Source of the DNA: Clostridia bacterium
Lineage (GTDB): Bacteria > Bacillota > Clostridia > Oscillospirales > Acutalibacteraceae
Length of the DNA: 64,000 bases
Assembly (NCBI GenBank): GCA_017936615.1
Contig: JAGBFF010000044.1
Coordinates: 8,609-72,608, forward strand
Direction: 5' to 3'
The translations under genes were made by a program, and so were the position numbers. This document shows positions 20,459 through 29,545 of the stretch, piece by piece (position 1 is the first letter of the stretch; each line of letters opens with the position of its first letter). Below the pieces are notes generated by a model. It was not told the origin of the DNA. It saw nothing but the letters and a program-made list of their open reading frames with translations, and did no database searches.

Positions 20459-20494
20459 CTTTTGACGGATGTTTACGTCAAAAGGGCGTCAAAA
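20459..20494 (+). repeat. intercistronic inverted repeat plus third half-site (CGTCAAAA x3)
   Basis: cttttgacg (20459-20467), 8-nt loop, cgtcaaaag (20476-20484), then cgtcaaaa again at 20487-20494. No T-run follows. Confidence 0.5.
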
Positions 20495-20516
20495 TAGTTG
20501 GAGAGAGGGAAGAATT

Positions 20517-21560
20517 ATGAGTCTGTTTCAAGACAAAACATTACTCATCACCGGTGGTACCGGTTCGTTCGGCAATGCGGTGCTGAATCGGTTTTTGAAA
20601 ACCGATATCGGCGAGATCCGCATCTTCTCGCGTGACGAGAAGAAGCAGGACGATATGCGCCACGAATTTCAGGCGAAGATGCCCGATGTGGCGGAAAAGA
20701 TCAAGTTTTATATCGGCGACGTGCGCGACCTCGCCAGCGTGAAAAATGCGATGCACGGCGTGGATTTCATCTTCCACGCGGCAGCACTCAAGCAGGTGCC
20801 GTCCTGCGAGTTCTTCCCGATGGAAGCGGTGCGCACCAACGTCATCGGCACCGATAACGTACTGACCGCTGCAATTGAAGAGGGCGTCAGCAACGTCATC
20901 TGCTTGTCTACCGATAAGGCAGCGTATCCCGTCAACGCCATGGGCATTACCAAGGCGCTGGAGGAGCGTGTCTCGGTGGCGAAATCCCGCACCGTGTCAC
21001 CGGATAAGACCAAGATCTGCTGCACCCGCTACGGTAACGTGATGTGCAGCCGTGGCTCCGTGATTCCGCTGTGGATCGAGCAGATCAAGGCGGGTAACCC
21101 CATCACTATCACCGAGCCGTCGATGACCCGCTTCATTATGTCGCTGGACGAGGCAGTGGATCTGGTGCTGTTTGCGTTTGAAAACGGTGTCAGCGGTGAT
21201 ATTCTAGTACAGAAAGCCCCCGCCTGCACCATTGAAACGCTGGCGAAGGCGGTGGCGGAGCTGTTTAATCCGGCAACCGAGATCAAGGTCATCGGCATCC
21301 GCCACGGTGAGAAGCTGTATGAGACGCTGCTCACTAACGAGGAATGCGCCAACGCCATCGATATGGGCGATTTCTACCGCGTTCCTGCCGACACCCGCGG
21401 CCTCAACTACGATAAGTATTTCAAAGACGGCGATAAACAGCGTAACCCGCTGACCGAGTTCAACTCCAACAACACTGAGCTGCTGAACGTCGAGCAGGTC
21501 AAGGAAAAGCTGCTGTCGCTGGAATACATCCGTGGCGAGCTTGCGGCGATGGAGAAGTAA
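20517..21560 (+). CDS. fnlA: UDP-N-acetylglucosamine 4,6-dehydratase/5-epimerase (FnlA/CapE type)
   Basis: KTLLITGGTGSFGNAV..IRIFSRDEKKQ motif and ~347 aa length, typical of CapE/FnlA. Confidence 0.9.
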   Translation: MSLFQDKTLLITGGTGSFGNAVLNRFLKTDIGEIRIFSRDEKKQDDMRHEFQAKMPDVAEKIKFYIGDVRDLASVKNAMHGVDFIFHAAALKQVPSCEFFPMEAVRTNVIGTDNVLTAAIEEGVSNVICLSTDKAAYPVNAMGITKALEERVSVAKSRTVSPDKTKICCTRYGNVMCSRGSVIPLWIEQIKAGNPITITEPSMTRFIMSLDEAVDLVLFAFENGVSGDILVQKAPACTIETLAKAVAELFNPATEIKVIGIRHGEKLYETLLTNEECANAIDMGDFYRVPADTRGLNYDKYFKDGDKQRNPLTEFNSNNTELLNVEQVKEKLLSLEYIRGELAAMEK

Positions 21561-21561
21561 G

Positions 21562-22761
21562 ATGAACATACTGATCACCGGCGCTGCCGGATTTGTCGGG
21601 AAGAACCTGACCGAAGCGCTGAAAAGCATTCGCGACGGCAAGGACAAAACGCATCCAAACCTTGCGGTGGACGAGCTGTACCTGTACGATCTCGGCTCCA
21701 CGGCGGAAGAACTGGATGCCTATTGTGCCAAGGCGGATTTCGTGTTCAATCTCGCAGGCGTCAACCGTCCGCAGACTCCCGAGGAGTTTATGCAGGGCAA
21801 TTTCGGCTTTGCCTCACACCTGCTCGACACACTGAAGCGTCACGGCAATACCTGCCCCATGGTGCTCTCCTCCTCGATTCAGGCGACCCTGATCGGACGG
21901 TACGACAGCGACTACGGCCGCAGTAAAAAGGCGGGAGAGGACCTGTTCTTCTGCTACGGCAAGGAGACGGGGGCCAAGGTGCTGGTTTACCGTTTCCCCA
22001 ATCTGTTCGGCAAGTGGTGCCGCCCGAATTACAACAGCGCGGTGGCGACCTTCTGCAATAATATTGCCAACGACCTGCCCATCACGGTCAACGATCCCGC
22101 AGTGCAGCTCGAACTGCTGTACATCGACGATTTGATCGATGAAATGTTGGCGGCGCTGGAGGGACAGGAGCACCGCTGCGAGTTTGACGGTATCCAAACC
22201 GTGCTTACTGAGAATGGTACGTTCTGTGCTGCCCCCGTGACCCACAAGGTGACACTGGGCGAGATCGTCGCGTTGCTTGAAGCCTTCCGCGATCAGCCGC
22301 AAACGCTGACGGTTCCCGAAATCCCGAAGGGCAGCTTTGCCAAGAAACTGTATTCCACCTATCTGTCCTATCTGCCGAAGGATAAGGTGGCGTTCCCGCT
22401 GAAAATGAACGTCGATGCCCGTGGCTCGTTCACCGAACTGCTCCGCAGTGAAAAATGCGGTCAGGTGAGCATCAACATTTCCAAGCCGGGCATCACCAAG
22501 GGACAGCACTGGCACCATACCAAATGGGAGTTTTTCATCGTTGTCAGCGGTAGGGGGCTCATTCAACTGCGTAAGATCGGCACCGATGAGGTGTTGAATT
22601 TTGAGGTCAGCGGCGACAAGATCGAAGCGGTACATATGCTGCCCGGTTATACGCACAACATCATCAATCTGTCGGATACCGACGATCTGGTGACGGTGAT
22701 GTGGGCGAACGAGTGCTTTGATCCGAACAAACCCGATACTTTTTTTGAGGTGGTAGAATGA
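21562..22761 (+). CDS. fnlB: UDP-2-acetamido-2,6-dideoxy-hexulose reductase/epimerase (FnlB/CapF type)
   Basis: MNILITGAAGFVGKNL SDR N-domain plus a C-terminal cupin domain (GQHWHHTKWEFF), the CapF architecture. ATG follows 1 nt after the fnlA stop. Confidence 0.85.
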   Translation: MNILITGAAGFVGKNLTEALKSIRDGKDKTHPNLAVDELYLYDLGSTAEELDAYCAKADFVFNLAGVNRPQTPEEFMQGNFGFASHLLDTLKRHGNTCPMVLSSSIQATLIGRYDSDYGRSKKAGEDLFFCYGKETGAKVLVYRFPNLFGKWCRPNYNSAVATFCNNIANDLPITVNDPAVQLELLYIDDLIDEMLAALEGQEHRCEFDGIQTVLTENGTFCAAPVTHKVTLGEIVALLEAFRDQPQTLTVPEIPKGSFAKKLYSTYLSYLPKDKVAFPLKMNVDARGSFTELLRSEKCGQVSINISKPGITKGQHWHHTKWEFFIVVSGRGLIQLRKIGTDEVLNFEVSGDKIEAVHMLPGYTHNIINLSDTDDLVTVMWANECFDPNKPDTFFEVVE

Positions 22762-23942
22762 ATATCAAGCTCGACTATTCCGATGTGAAATTCCAGGATA
22801 ACGGTAAGCTGAAGTTGCTCGTCATCGTTGGTACCCGCCCGGAGATCATCCGTTTGGCGGCGGTCATCAACAAATGCCGTACGTATTTCGACTGTGTACT
22901 GGCACACACGGGTCAGAACTATGACTATAACCTCAACGGCGTGTTTTTCAAGGATCTGAAGTTGGATGCGCCCGACGTGTATATGGATGCGGTGGGGGAT
23001 GACCTCGGCTCGACGGTGGGCAACATTATCAACTGCTCCTACAAGCTGATGAATCAGATCAAGCCGGATGCGCTGTTGATCCTCGGTGACACCAATTCCT
23101 GCTTGTCGGCGATCGCGGCGAAGCGCCTGCACATTCCGATCTTCCACATGGAGGCCGGCAATCGTTGCAAGGATGAGTGCCTGCCGGAGGAGACCAACCG
23201 CCGTATCGTAGATATCATCAGTGACGTTAACCTCGCTTATTCCGAGTACGCACGCAAGTATCTGCACGAGTGCGGCTTGCCGAAAGAGCGCGTGTATGTC
23301 ACAGGCTCTCCGATGGCTGAGGTGCTGCGGAACAACTTGTCGGATATTCAGGCGTCCGACATCCATGCCCGTCTCGGCTTGGAAAAAGGAAAGTATATTC
23401 TGCTTTCGGCGCATCGTGAGGAAAACATCGACACCGAAAAGAACTTTCTGTCCTTGTTCACCGCTATCAACAAAATGGCGGAGAAATACGATATGCCGAT
23501 TCTGTATTCCTGCCATCCGCGCAGCAAGAAGCGTTTGGCAGAAAGCGGCTTTGAACTGGATCCTCGCGTCATTCAGCACGAGCCGCTCGGCTTCCACGAT
23601 TATAACTGCCTGCAGATGAACGCCTTTGCCGTGGTGTCGGACAGCGGTACGCTGCCGGAGGAAAGCTCGTTCTTTACGAGCATCGGCAACCCCTTCCCGG
23701 CGGTGTGCATCCGCACCTCCACCGAGCGTCCCGAAGCACTGGATAAGGCGTGCTTTATTCTCGCCGGCATTGACGAACACAGTTTACTGCAGGCGGTGGA
23801 CACTGCCGTGTCGATGAATGCGGACGGTTACGACGGAATACCTGTTCCCGATTATGTGGAGGAGAACGTCTCTACCAAAGTAGTCAAGATCATTCAAAGT
23901 TACACCGGTGTTGTGAATAAGATGGTTTGGAGAAAGTATTGA
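22758..23942 (+). CDS. fnlC: UDP-N-acetylglucosamine 2-epimerase, non-hydrolysing (FnlC/CapG type)
   Basis: VIVGTRPEIIRL, HTGQNYD, GDTNS and HMEAGNR motifs. Confidence 0.9.
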   Translation: MNIKLDYSDVKFQDNGKLKLLVIVGTRPEIIRLAAVINKCRTYFDCVLAHTGQNYDYNLNGVFFKDLKLDAPDVYMDAVGDDLGSTVGNIINCSYKLMNQIKPDALLILGDTNSCLSAIAAKRLHIPIFHMEAGNRCKDECLPEETNRRIVDIISDVNLAYSEYARKYLHECGLPKERVYVTGSPMAEVLRNNLSDIQASDIHARLGLEKGKYILLSAHREENIDTEKNFLSLFTAINKMAEKYDMPILYSCHPRSKKRLAESGFELDPRVIQHEPLGFHDYNCLQMNAFAVVSDSGTLPEESSFFTSIGNPFPAVCIRTSTERPEALDKACFILAGIDEHSLLQAVDTAVSMNADGYDGIPVPDYVEENVSTKVVKIIQSYTGVVNKMVWRKY

Positions 23943-23943
23943 T

Positions 23944-25017
23944 ATGCTAACTCAAAATGTACAACTGGAAAATAAGACAATTTTGGTGACCGGTGCGGCA
24001 GGATTTATCGGCGCAAATCTCGTGACCGAGCTAATGCACACCGTGCCGACGGTGACTATCGTGGGTTTGGATAATATGAATGCCTACTACGACGTGGCGA
24101 TCAAGGACTACCGTCTTGCTGAGATCGAGCGTCTGGCAGAGGAGAAGACAGGCATTCGCTGGGAATTCGTCAAGGGCGATCTCGCGGAGGCGGCACTCAT
24201 CGACCGCCTGTTTGCCGAGTACAAATTTGATGTTGTCGTCAATCTGGCGGCACAGGCGGGTGTGCGGTACTCCATCACCAATCCCGACGCGTACATCCAA
24301 AGCAACTTGATCGGTTTCTACAATATTCTGGAGGCGTGCCGCCGTTATCCGGTGGAGCACCTCGTGTATGCCTCCAGCTCCAGCGTGTATGGCACCAACA
24401 AAAAAGTGCCCTACGCCACCGAGGACAAGGTGGACAACCCCGTGTCGCTGTATGCGGCCACCAAGAAATCCAACGAGCTGATGGCGCACGCTTACTCAAA
24501 GTTGTATAACATTCCGTCGACGGGTCTGCGGTTTTTCACGGTCTATGGCCCCGCGGGTCGTCCGGATATTGCGTACTTCGGCTTTACCAATAAGCTGCTG
24601 AAGGGCGAGACCATTGAGATCTTCAATTATGGCAACTGCAAGCGAGACTTCACCTACGTGGACGATATCGTGGAGGGCGTCAAGCGTGTGATGCAATGCG
24701 CCCCCGAGAAGCAAACGGGCGAGGATGGTCTGCCGATCCCGCCGTACCGTGTGTACAACATCGGCAACAGCAGCCCCGAGAATTTGTTGGATTTCGTGGA
24801 TATTTTGCAGCAGGAGCTGATTCGTGCCGGCGTATTGCCGTCGGATTACGATTTTGAGGCGCATAAAAAGCTTGTGCCGATGCAGGCAGGGGACGTTCCC
24901 GTGACCTACGCCGACACGAGCGCACTGGAAGCCGACTTCGGCTTCAAACCGTCCACCGATCTGCGGACGGGTTTGCGCCGCTTTGCCGAGTGGTACAAAG
25001 CGTTTTATCAGGTATAA
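23944..25017 (+). CDS. NAD-dependent epimerase, UDP-glucuronate 4-epimerase-like (CapI/LpsL family)
   Basis: ILVTGAAGFIGANL, YASSSSVYG and YAATKKSNE (YxxxK) SDR motifs, 357 aa. Confidence 0.7.
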   Translation: MLTQNVQLENKTILVTGAAGFIGANLVTELMHTVPTVTIVGLDNMNAYYDVAIKDYRLAEIERLAEEKTGIRWEFVKGDLAEAALIDRLFAEYKFDVVVNLAAQAGVRYSITNPDAYIQSNLIGFYNILEACRRYPVEHLVYASSSSVYGTNKKVPYATEDKVDNPVSLYAATKKSNELMAHAYSKLYNIPSTGLRFFTVYGPAGRPDIAYFGFTNKLLKGETIEIFNYGNCKRDFTYVDDIVEGVKRVMQCAPEKQTGEDGLPIPPYRVYNIGNSSPENLLDFVDILQQELIRAGVLPSDYDFEAHKKLVPMQAGDVPVTYADTSALEADFGFKPSTDLRTGLRRFAEWYKAFYQV

Positions 25018-25038
25018 CATCGCAAGGAGGAAACGACG

Positions 25039-25494
25039 ATGCTGAATAATATTAGTAAGATCCTGACGGGAGATATGCTGAAGGTGCTGTGCGATATGGG
25101 TCACGGTGATGAGATCGTGCTGGCCGATGCAAACTTCCCGGCGGAGACCTATGCTAAAAACACGATTGTCGGTCATGTGATCCGTTGCTCCGGTGTCAGT
25201 GCGGACGAGTTGTTCCGTGCGATTTTGGATGTGTTTCCGTTGGACGTGGGGTACACTGATCCATCGATCTGCGTGATGGATCTGACAGACGGCGATAAGA
25301 AAAAAGGCATTCCCGAGCCGACGGTGTGGCGGGATTTCGCAGCCACCTTGCACACGGATTATTCGACCGTCGAGATCGGCAAGCTGGAACGGTTTGAGTT
25401 TTACGACCGTGCGCAGAAGGCCTACGCCATTATCCAAACCGGTGAAGAAAAACAGTACGGCAACCTGCTTCTCGTCAAAGGCGTCGTAAAATAA
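25039..25494 (+). CDS. fucU: RbsD/FucU family protein, L-fucose mutarotase
   Basis: 151 aa. MGHGDEIVLADANFP motif is characteristic of FucU/RbsD. Confidence 0.8.
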   Translation: MLNNISKILTGDMLKVLCDMGHGDEIVLADANFPAETYAKNTIVGHVIRCSGVSADELFRAILDVFPLDVGYTDPSICVMDLTDGDKKKGIPEPTVWRDFAATLHTDYSTVEIGKLERFEFYDRAQKAYAIIQTGEEKQYGNLLLVKGVVK

Positions 25495-25496
25495 GC

Positions 25497-25530
25497 AAAG
25501 AAGGCATCCAAACGGATGCCTTCTTTTTAT
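25497..25530. terminator. bidirectional intrinsic terminator
   Basis: gaaggcatcc aaac ggatgccttc hairpin with a T-run on the plus strand and a T-rich tail on the minus strand. Lies between convergent fucU and the DeoR gene. Confidence 0.75.
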
Positions 25531-25538
25531 ATATAACC

Positions 25539-26300
25539 TTATTGTACAATATGCAGCTTGATGCCGAGATCACGCACGACTTTTTTGAACTGCGGATCGA
25601 GCGGACGGTGGGCGTCGGTGACGATCTCGTCCACCAACTCCAGTCCGGCACAGCGGTACACCGACCGCGAGCCGATCTTGGTGCTCTGCACTACCAAAAT
25701 CACGCGCGAGGCATTCTCCATCATCTTGCGCGCCAGATCACCCTCCTCGATACCGGTGGTCATCAGCCCGTCGACGCCGACGGCCGATGCGGTGATAAAC
25801 GCCTTGTCGGTGTGGAAGCCGGCAAGCTGATCTGCCGTGACAGGGCCGAAGGTATAGCCCTCGTCAGGGTGCAGCTGACCGCCCAGCAGAATGCATCGGC
25901 ACTGCTGCTGTAGCAGTGCGGCAACACCGGTGGAGTTGGTGATGACCGTGAGTCCCTCAACGTCGGTGATGTTGCCGGCGACCGCCTCCATCGTCGAACC
26001 GGTGGAGATCGCAATCACGTCGTGCGGCTCGACCAGTGTGGCCGTAAGCGCACCAAGCTGTTGCTTGATCTGGCTTCCTTCGGAGCGGCGCTTTTGATAA
26101 TCCGATTCCGCCACCGGGCGTGTCGCACTGACAGCGCCGCCGTGCACCTTGATAAGCTTGCCCGCCTCACACAGCGCCGTAATGTCCCGTCGGATCGTCT
26201 CCACGGAAACACCGAGCTGTTTGGCAAGCGCACTGACGACGACCTCGCCGTTGCGTGCGGCGAGATCCTCAATAAGTTTTTGTCTGGCACCGGTAAGCAT
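25539..26300 (-). CDS. DeoR/GlpR family transcriptional regulator
   Basis: N-terminal wHTH (LAKQLGVSVETIRRDI) plus a C-terminal sugar-phosphate-binding DeoR_C domain. Start taken at the internal Met (MLTGARQK). Confidence 0.85.
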   Translation of the reverse strand: MLTGARQKLIEDLAARNGEVVVSALAKQLGVSVETIRRDITALCEAGKLIKVHGGAVSATRPVAESDYQKRRSEGSQIKQQLGALTATLVEPHDVIAISTGSTMEAVAGNITDVEGLTVITNSTGVAALLQQQCRCILLGGQLHPDEGYTFGPVTADQLAGFHTDKAFITASAVGVDGLMTTGIEEGDLARKMMENASRVILVVQSTKIGSRSVYRCAGLELVDEIVTDAHRPLDPQFKKVVRDLGIKLHIVQ

Positions 26301-26380
26301 AGGCCACCTCACATTGCTGAATTACGCTTTCAGTATATCAAATTCAAGCCAAAAATGCAAACAGTATTTTCGCAAATATG

Positions 26381-26409
26381 TTGAAATCTTTGGGAAAGTG
26401 TGGTATAAT
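26381..26409 (+). promoter_or_regulatory. promoter of the GlpA-like operon
   Basis: TTGAAA, 17-nt spacer, TATAAT preceded by TGG (extended -10). Confidence 0.6.
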
Positions 26410-26441
26410 GACCGCATAAAACCCAAAAGAGGAGTGTGCTT

Positions 26442-27881
26442 ATGTTGCAAACTGACGTTTTGGTCATCGGCGCCGGTGCAGTGGGTACGGCGATCACCCG
26501 TGAACTGGCAAAGTATGATCTCGATGTCCTGTGCGTGGACAAGAACGAAGATGTCGGCGGCGATTGCTCCAAGAGTAACAGCGCCATCATCCACACCGGC
26601 TACGATGCCGCCCCCGGCACGCTGGAATCCCAGCTCGTCGTGGCGGCCAACCCGATGTACGATCAGCTGACGAAGGATCTGGATATTCCCTTTGAGCGTA
26701 TCGGTGCGATCCTGCCGGCACTCAACGAGGAGCAGTTTGAGAAGCTGCCGTCCATCAAGGAAAAAGCCTTCAAGAACCGCGTGTACGATATCGAGTATCG
26801 CACGAAGGAGCAGCTGCTTGCGATGGAGCCCGAGCTGTCGCCCGAGGTGCTGGGCGGCTTGTACATCCCGCGTGAAAGCATCATCGACCCATTCCTGTTG
26901 GTCGTTGCGATGGCGGAAAATGCCGTGATGAACGGAGCGCGCTTCCTGCTTTCCACCGAGGTCATCGGTATGGAAAAGGAAAATGGCAAGGTCACGGTGG
27001 TGCACACCACCGCCGGTGACATTCAGGCGAAGTACGTGGTCAACGCCGCCGGTCTGCACTGCGACGATATCGCGGAAATGGTGGGCAAGAACGACTACTA
27101 CGTCAATCCCCGTAAGGGCCAGTTCTACATTTTGGATAACAACACCTCCTGTAAGGTTAATCACATCGTGCTGCCCATTCCCACCAAGCTGACCAAGGGC
27201 AAGCTGATGTGTCCCACGATCCACGGCAATATGCTGGTTGGCCCGACGGCCGAAGATCTGACCGACAAGACCGACAAGGCGATCACTGCCGAGGGTCTGG
27301 CATCGATCAAGGCGGACGTCGAGAAGCTGATTCCCGGAGTGCAGCTGCGTGATACCATTACGCAGTACGCCGGTCTGCGCGCCAACCGCAATCCGGAGGG
27401 CCTCAATATCGACGTGTACGACGATATCGCCAACTACGTCAACCTGTCGGGCGTGCGCTCCACAGGTCTGACTGCGTCGGTCTCTATCGGCACCTATGTT
27501 GTCGAAATGCTGAAGAGCATCGGCCTGGCGCTGACCTTCAAGGAGAACTTCATCACCAAGCGCCGCGGCATCCCGCTGTTCCGCGAACTGTCCCGTGCCG
27601 AGCAGGATGAGCTGATCCGCGAAAATCCGCTGTACGGCAATATTGTTTGCCGTTGCGAGACGGTGACCGAGGGTCAGATCGTTGATGCCATCCACTCCGT
27701 CATTCCCGCCCGTTCGATGGACGCGATCAAGCGCCGCGTCCGCGCCGGTATGGGTCGCTGTCAAGGTGGCTTCTGCGGCCCGAAGGTGATCGAGATCATC
27801 GCGCGTGAGTTGGGTGTGGATGCTGAAAGCGTCTGCAAACGCAACAAGGAAGCGTATATGATCGCATCCAAGGTGAAATAA
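26442..27881 (+). CDS. FAD-dependent oxidoreductase, anaerobic glycerol-3-phosphate dehydrogenase (GlpA)-like with BFD-type [2Fe-2S] domain
   Basis: VLVIGAGAVGTA dinucleotide fold. C-terminal CRCETVTEGQI...C.GGFC cysteine pattern. RBS aagaggag. Confidence 0.8.
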   Translation: MLQTDVLVIGAGAVGTAITRELAKYDLDVLCVDKNEDVGGDCSKSNSAIIHTGYDAAPGTLESQLVVAANPMYDQLTKDLDIPFERIGAILPALNEEQFEKLPSIKEKAFKNRVYDIEYRTKEQLLAMEPELSPEVLGGLYIPRESIIDPFLLVVAMAENAVMNGARFLLSTEVIGMEKENGKVTVVHTTAGDIQAKYVVNAAGLHCDDIAEMVGKNDYYVNPRKGQFYILDNNTSCKVNHIVLPIPTKLTKGKLMCPTIHGNMLVGPTAEDLTDKTDKAITAEGLASIKADVEKLIPGVQLRDTITQYAGLRANRNPEGLNIDVYDDIANYVNLSGVRSTGLTASVSIGTYVVEMLKSIGLALTFKENFITKRRGIPLFRELSRAEQDELIRENPLYGNIVCRCETVTEGQIVDAIHSVIPARSMDAIKRRVRAGMGRCQGGFCGPKVIEIIARELGVDAESVCKRNKEAYMIASKVK

Positions 27882-27893
27882 GGAGGGACAGCC

Positions 27894-29139
27894 ATGAAAA
27901 AGATCATTTGTGACGTAGCCGTTGTCGGTGGCGGTCCTGCCGGTCTCGCCGCGGCGGTCGCCGCCAAAAAAAGAGGGTGCTGAGCGCGTGCTGATCGTGG
28001 AGCGTGACAACCATCCCGGCGGCATTCTGCAGCAGTGCATCCATCCGGGCTTCGGTCTCAAGCTGTTCAAGAAGGAGCTGACCGGTCCGGAGTATTACAC
28101 GGAATTTGTCAAAGAAGCCAAGGAGCTCGGCGTGGAGTTCCTGTTCGATACGATGGTGCTGGAGCTGGCGGATAACACCCTGATCTGCGCCAACGGTCAG
28201 TACGGCATCACCGAGGTCGAGGCCGGCGCGGTGGTGCTGGCGATGGGTTGCCGTGAGCGCACCCGTGCCAACATCAGCATTCCCGGCACCCGCCCCGCCG
28301 GTGTGTACACTGCCGGTGCGGCGCAGCGCCTGATGAATCGTCAGAACCGTATGGTCGGCAAAAAGGCCGTTATCCTCGGTTCGGGTGACATCGGCATGAT
28401 CATGGCGCGCCGCCTCAGCCTCGAAGGTGCTGAGGTCGTGTGCGTGGTGGAAATCATGAACTACCTCGCCGGTCTGAAGCGTAACAAGGTACAGTGTCTG
28501 GATGACTTCGGCATTCCGCTGATGCTCAGCCACACAGTTACCGAGATCGTCGGTAAGGATCGTGTGGAGGGCGTCAAGGTCGCACAGGTGGATGCCAACC
28601 GCCGCCCGATCCCCGAGACCGAGCAGTTTATCGAATGCGATACGCTGCTGCTGTCGGTGGGCCTGATCCCCGAAAACGAGCTCAGCCGTGGTGCCAAGCT
28701 GCAGATGCATCCCGTCACCGGCGGCCCGGTGGTGGACGAGAATATGCAGACCACCGCTGCCGGTGTGTTTGCTGCCGGTAACGTGGTACACGTCAACGAT
28801 CTGGTGGATAACGTCAGCGCTGAAAGTGCAACGGCCGGCCGCAGCGCGGCACGGTATGCCAAGGGTGAACTGAAGGCCAGCGACACACTGGACGTTACCG
28901 TTGGCAACAACGTGCGCTACGTCTGCCCGGCGAAGTTCTCGCCTGAGCGCGGTGGCAAGGTGGATTTCTACTTCCGCGTGCTGGCTCCCGTGGCAGGCAA
29001 GGTGGAGATCATCGCGCGCGACGGCGATACCGTACTGGCGCGCCGCGTTGCCCCGTATGTCAACCCCGGTGAGATGGAGCATCTGTCGCCCGACGTCACG
29101 GGCGCTCGGTCGCTCACGATCGAAGTCAAGGAGGTTTGA
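27894..29139 (+). pseudogene. NAD(P)/FAD-dependent oxidoreductase (partner of GlpA-like/DUF1667), frame broken at an A7 run
   Basis: ATG 27894 (RBS aaggaggg) gives MKKIICDVAVVGGGPAGLAAAVAAKKRGC and stops at 27981-27983. The rest (KKEGAERVLIVERDNHPGGILQQC...) continues in the +1 frame to 29139. Deleting one A from 27966-27972 fuses the two parts. Confidence 0.8.
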
Positions 29140-29142
29140 GTG

Positions 29143-29499
29143 ATGGAAAAGAAGATCATCTGTACCGTATGCCCGACCGGCTGTGAGATGACGGTGACGG
29201 GCGAGGACGGCAAAGTCACCTCCGTTGTGGGCAATACCTGCAAGCGTGGCGAAGTGTATGCGGCGAGCGAGTTTTCCGATCCGGTCAGAACGCTGACCTC
29301 CACGGTGCGCGTGGAGAACGGTGCCGAGCCGCTGGTGCCGGTGCGCACCGAGGCCCCCGTGCCGAAGCGTCTGATCCCCGAGATCATGAAGCTGGTCAAC
29401 GGCATCACGCTGCAGGCGCCTGTTGCGCAGAAGACCGTGGTACTGGAAAACGTGCTGGATACCGGCGTTAACGTCGTGACTACCGGCGAGTGCGATTGA
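29143..29499 (+). CDS. DUF1667 domain protein
   Basis: CTVCPTGCEM...GNTCKRG cysteine motifs. Conserved third member of the GlpA-like trio in Clostridia. Confidence 0.75.
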   Translation: MEKKIICTVCPTGCEMTVTGEDGKVTSVVGNTCKRGEVYAASEFSDPVRTLTSTVRVENGAEPLVPVRTEAPVPKRLIPEIMKLVNGITLQAPVAQKTVVLENVLDTGVNVVTTGECD

Positions 29500-29510
29500 T
29501 TCTGTAATCA

Positions 29511-29544
29511 AAAAGACCGAGGACAGCCGTCCTCGGTCTTTTCC
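29511..29544. terminator. bidirectional intrinsic terminator
   Basis: aagaccgaggac agcc gtcctcggtctt hairpin flanked by an A-run and a T-run, between convergent genes. Confidence 0.75.
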
Positions 29545-29545
29545 T

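Noticed and set aside
22647-25437. 377-aa and 313-aa minus-strand ORFs opposite fnlC and the epimerase/fucU genes.
   Set aside because: Antisense artefacts of GC-rich genes with no start context or motifs.
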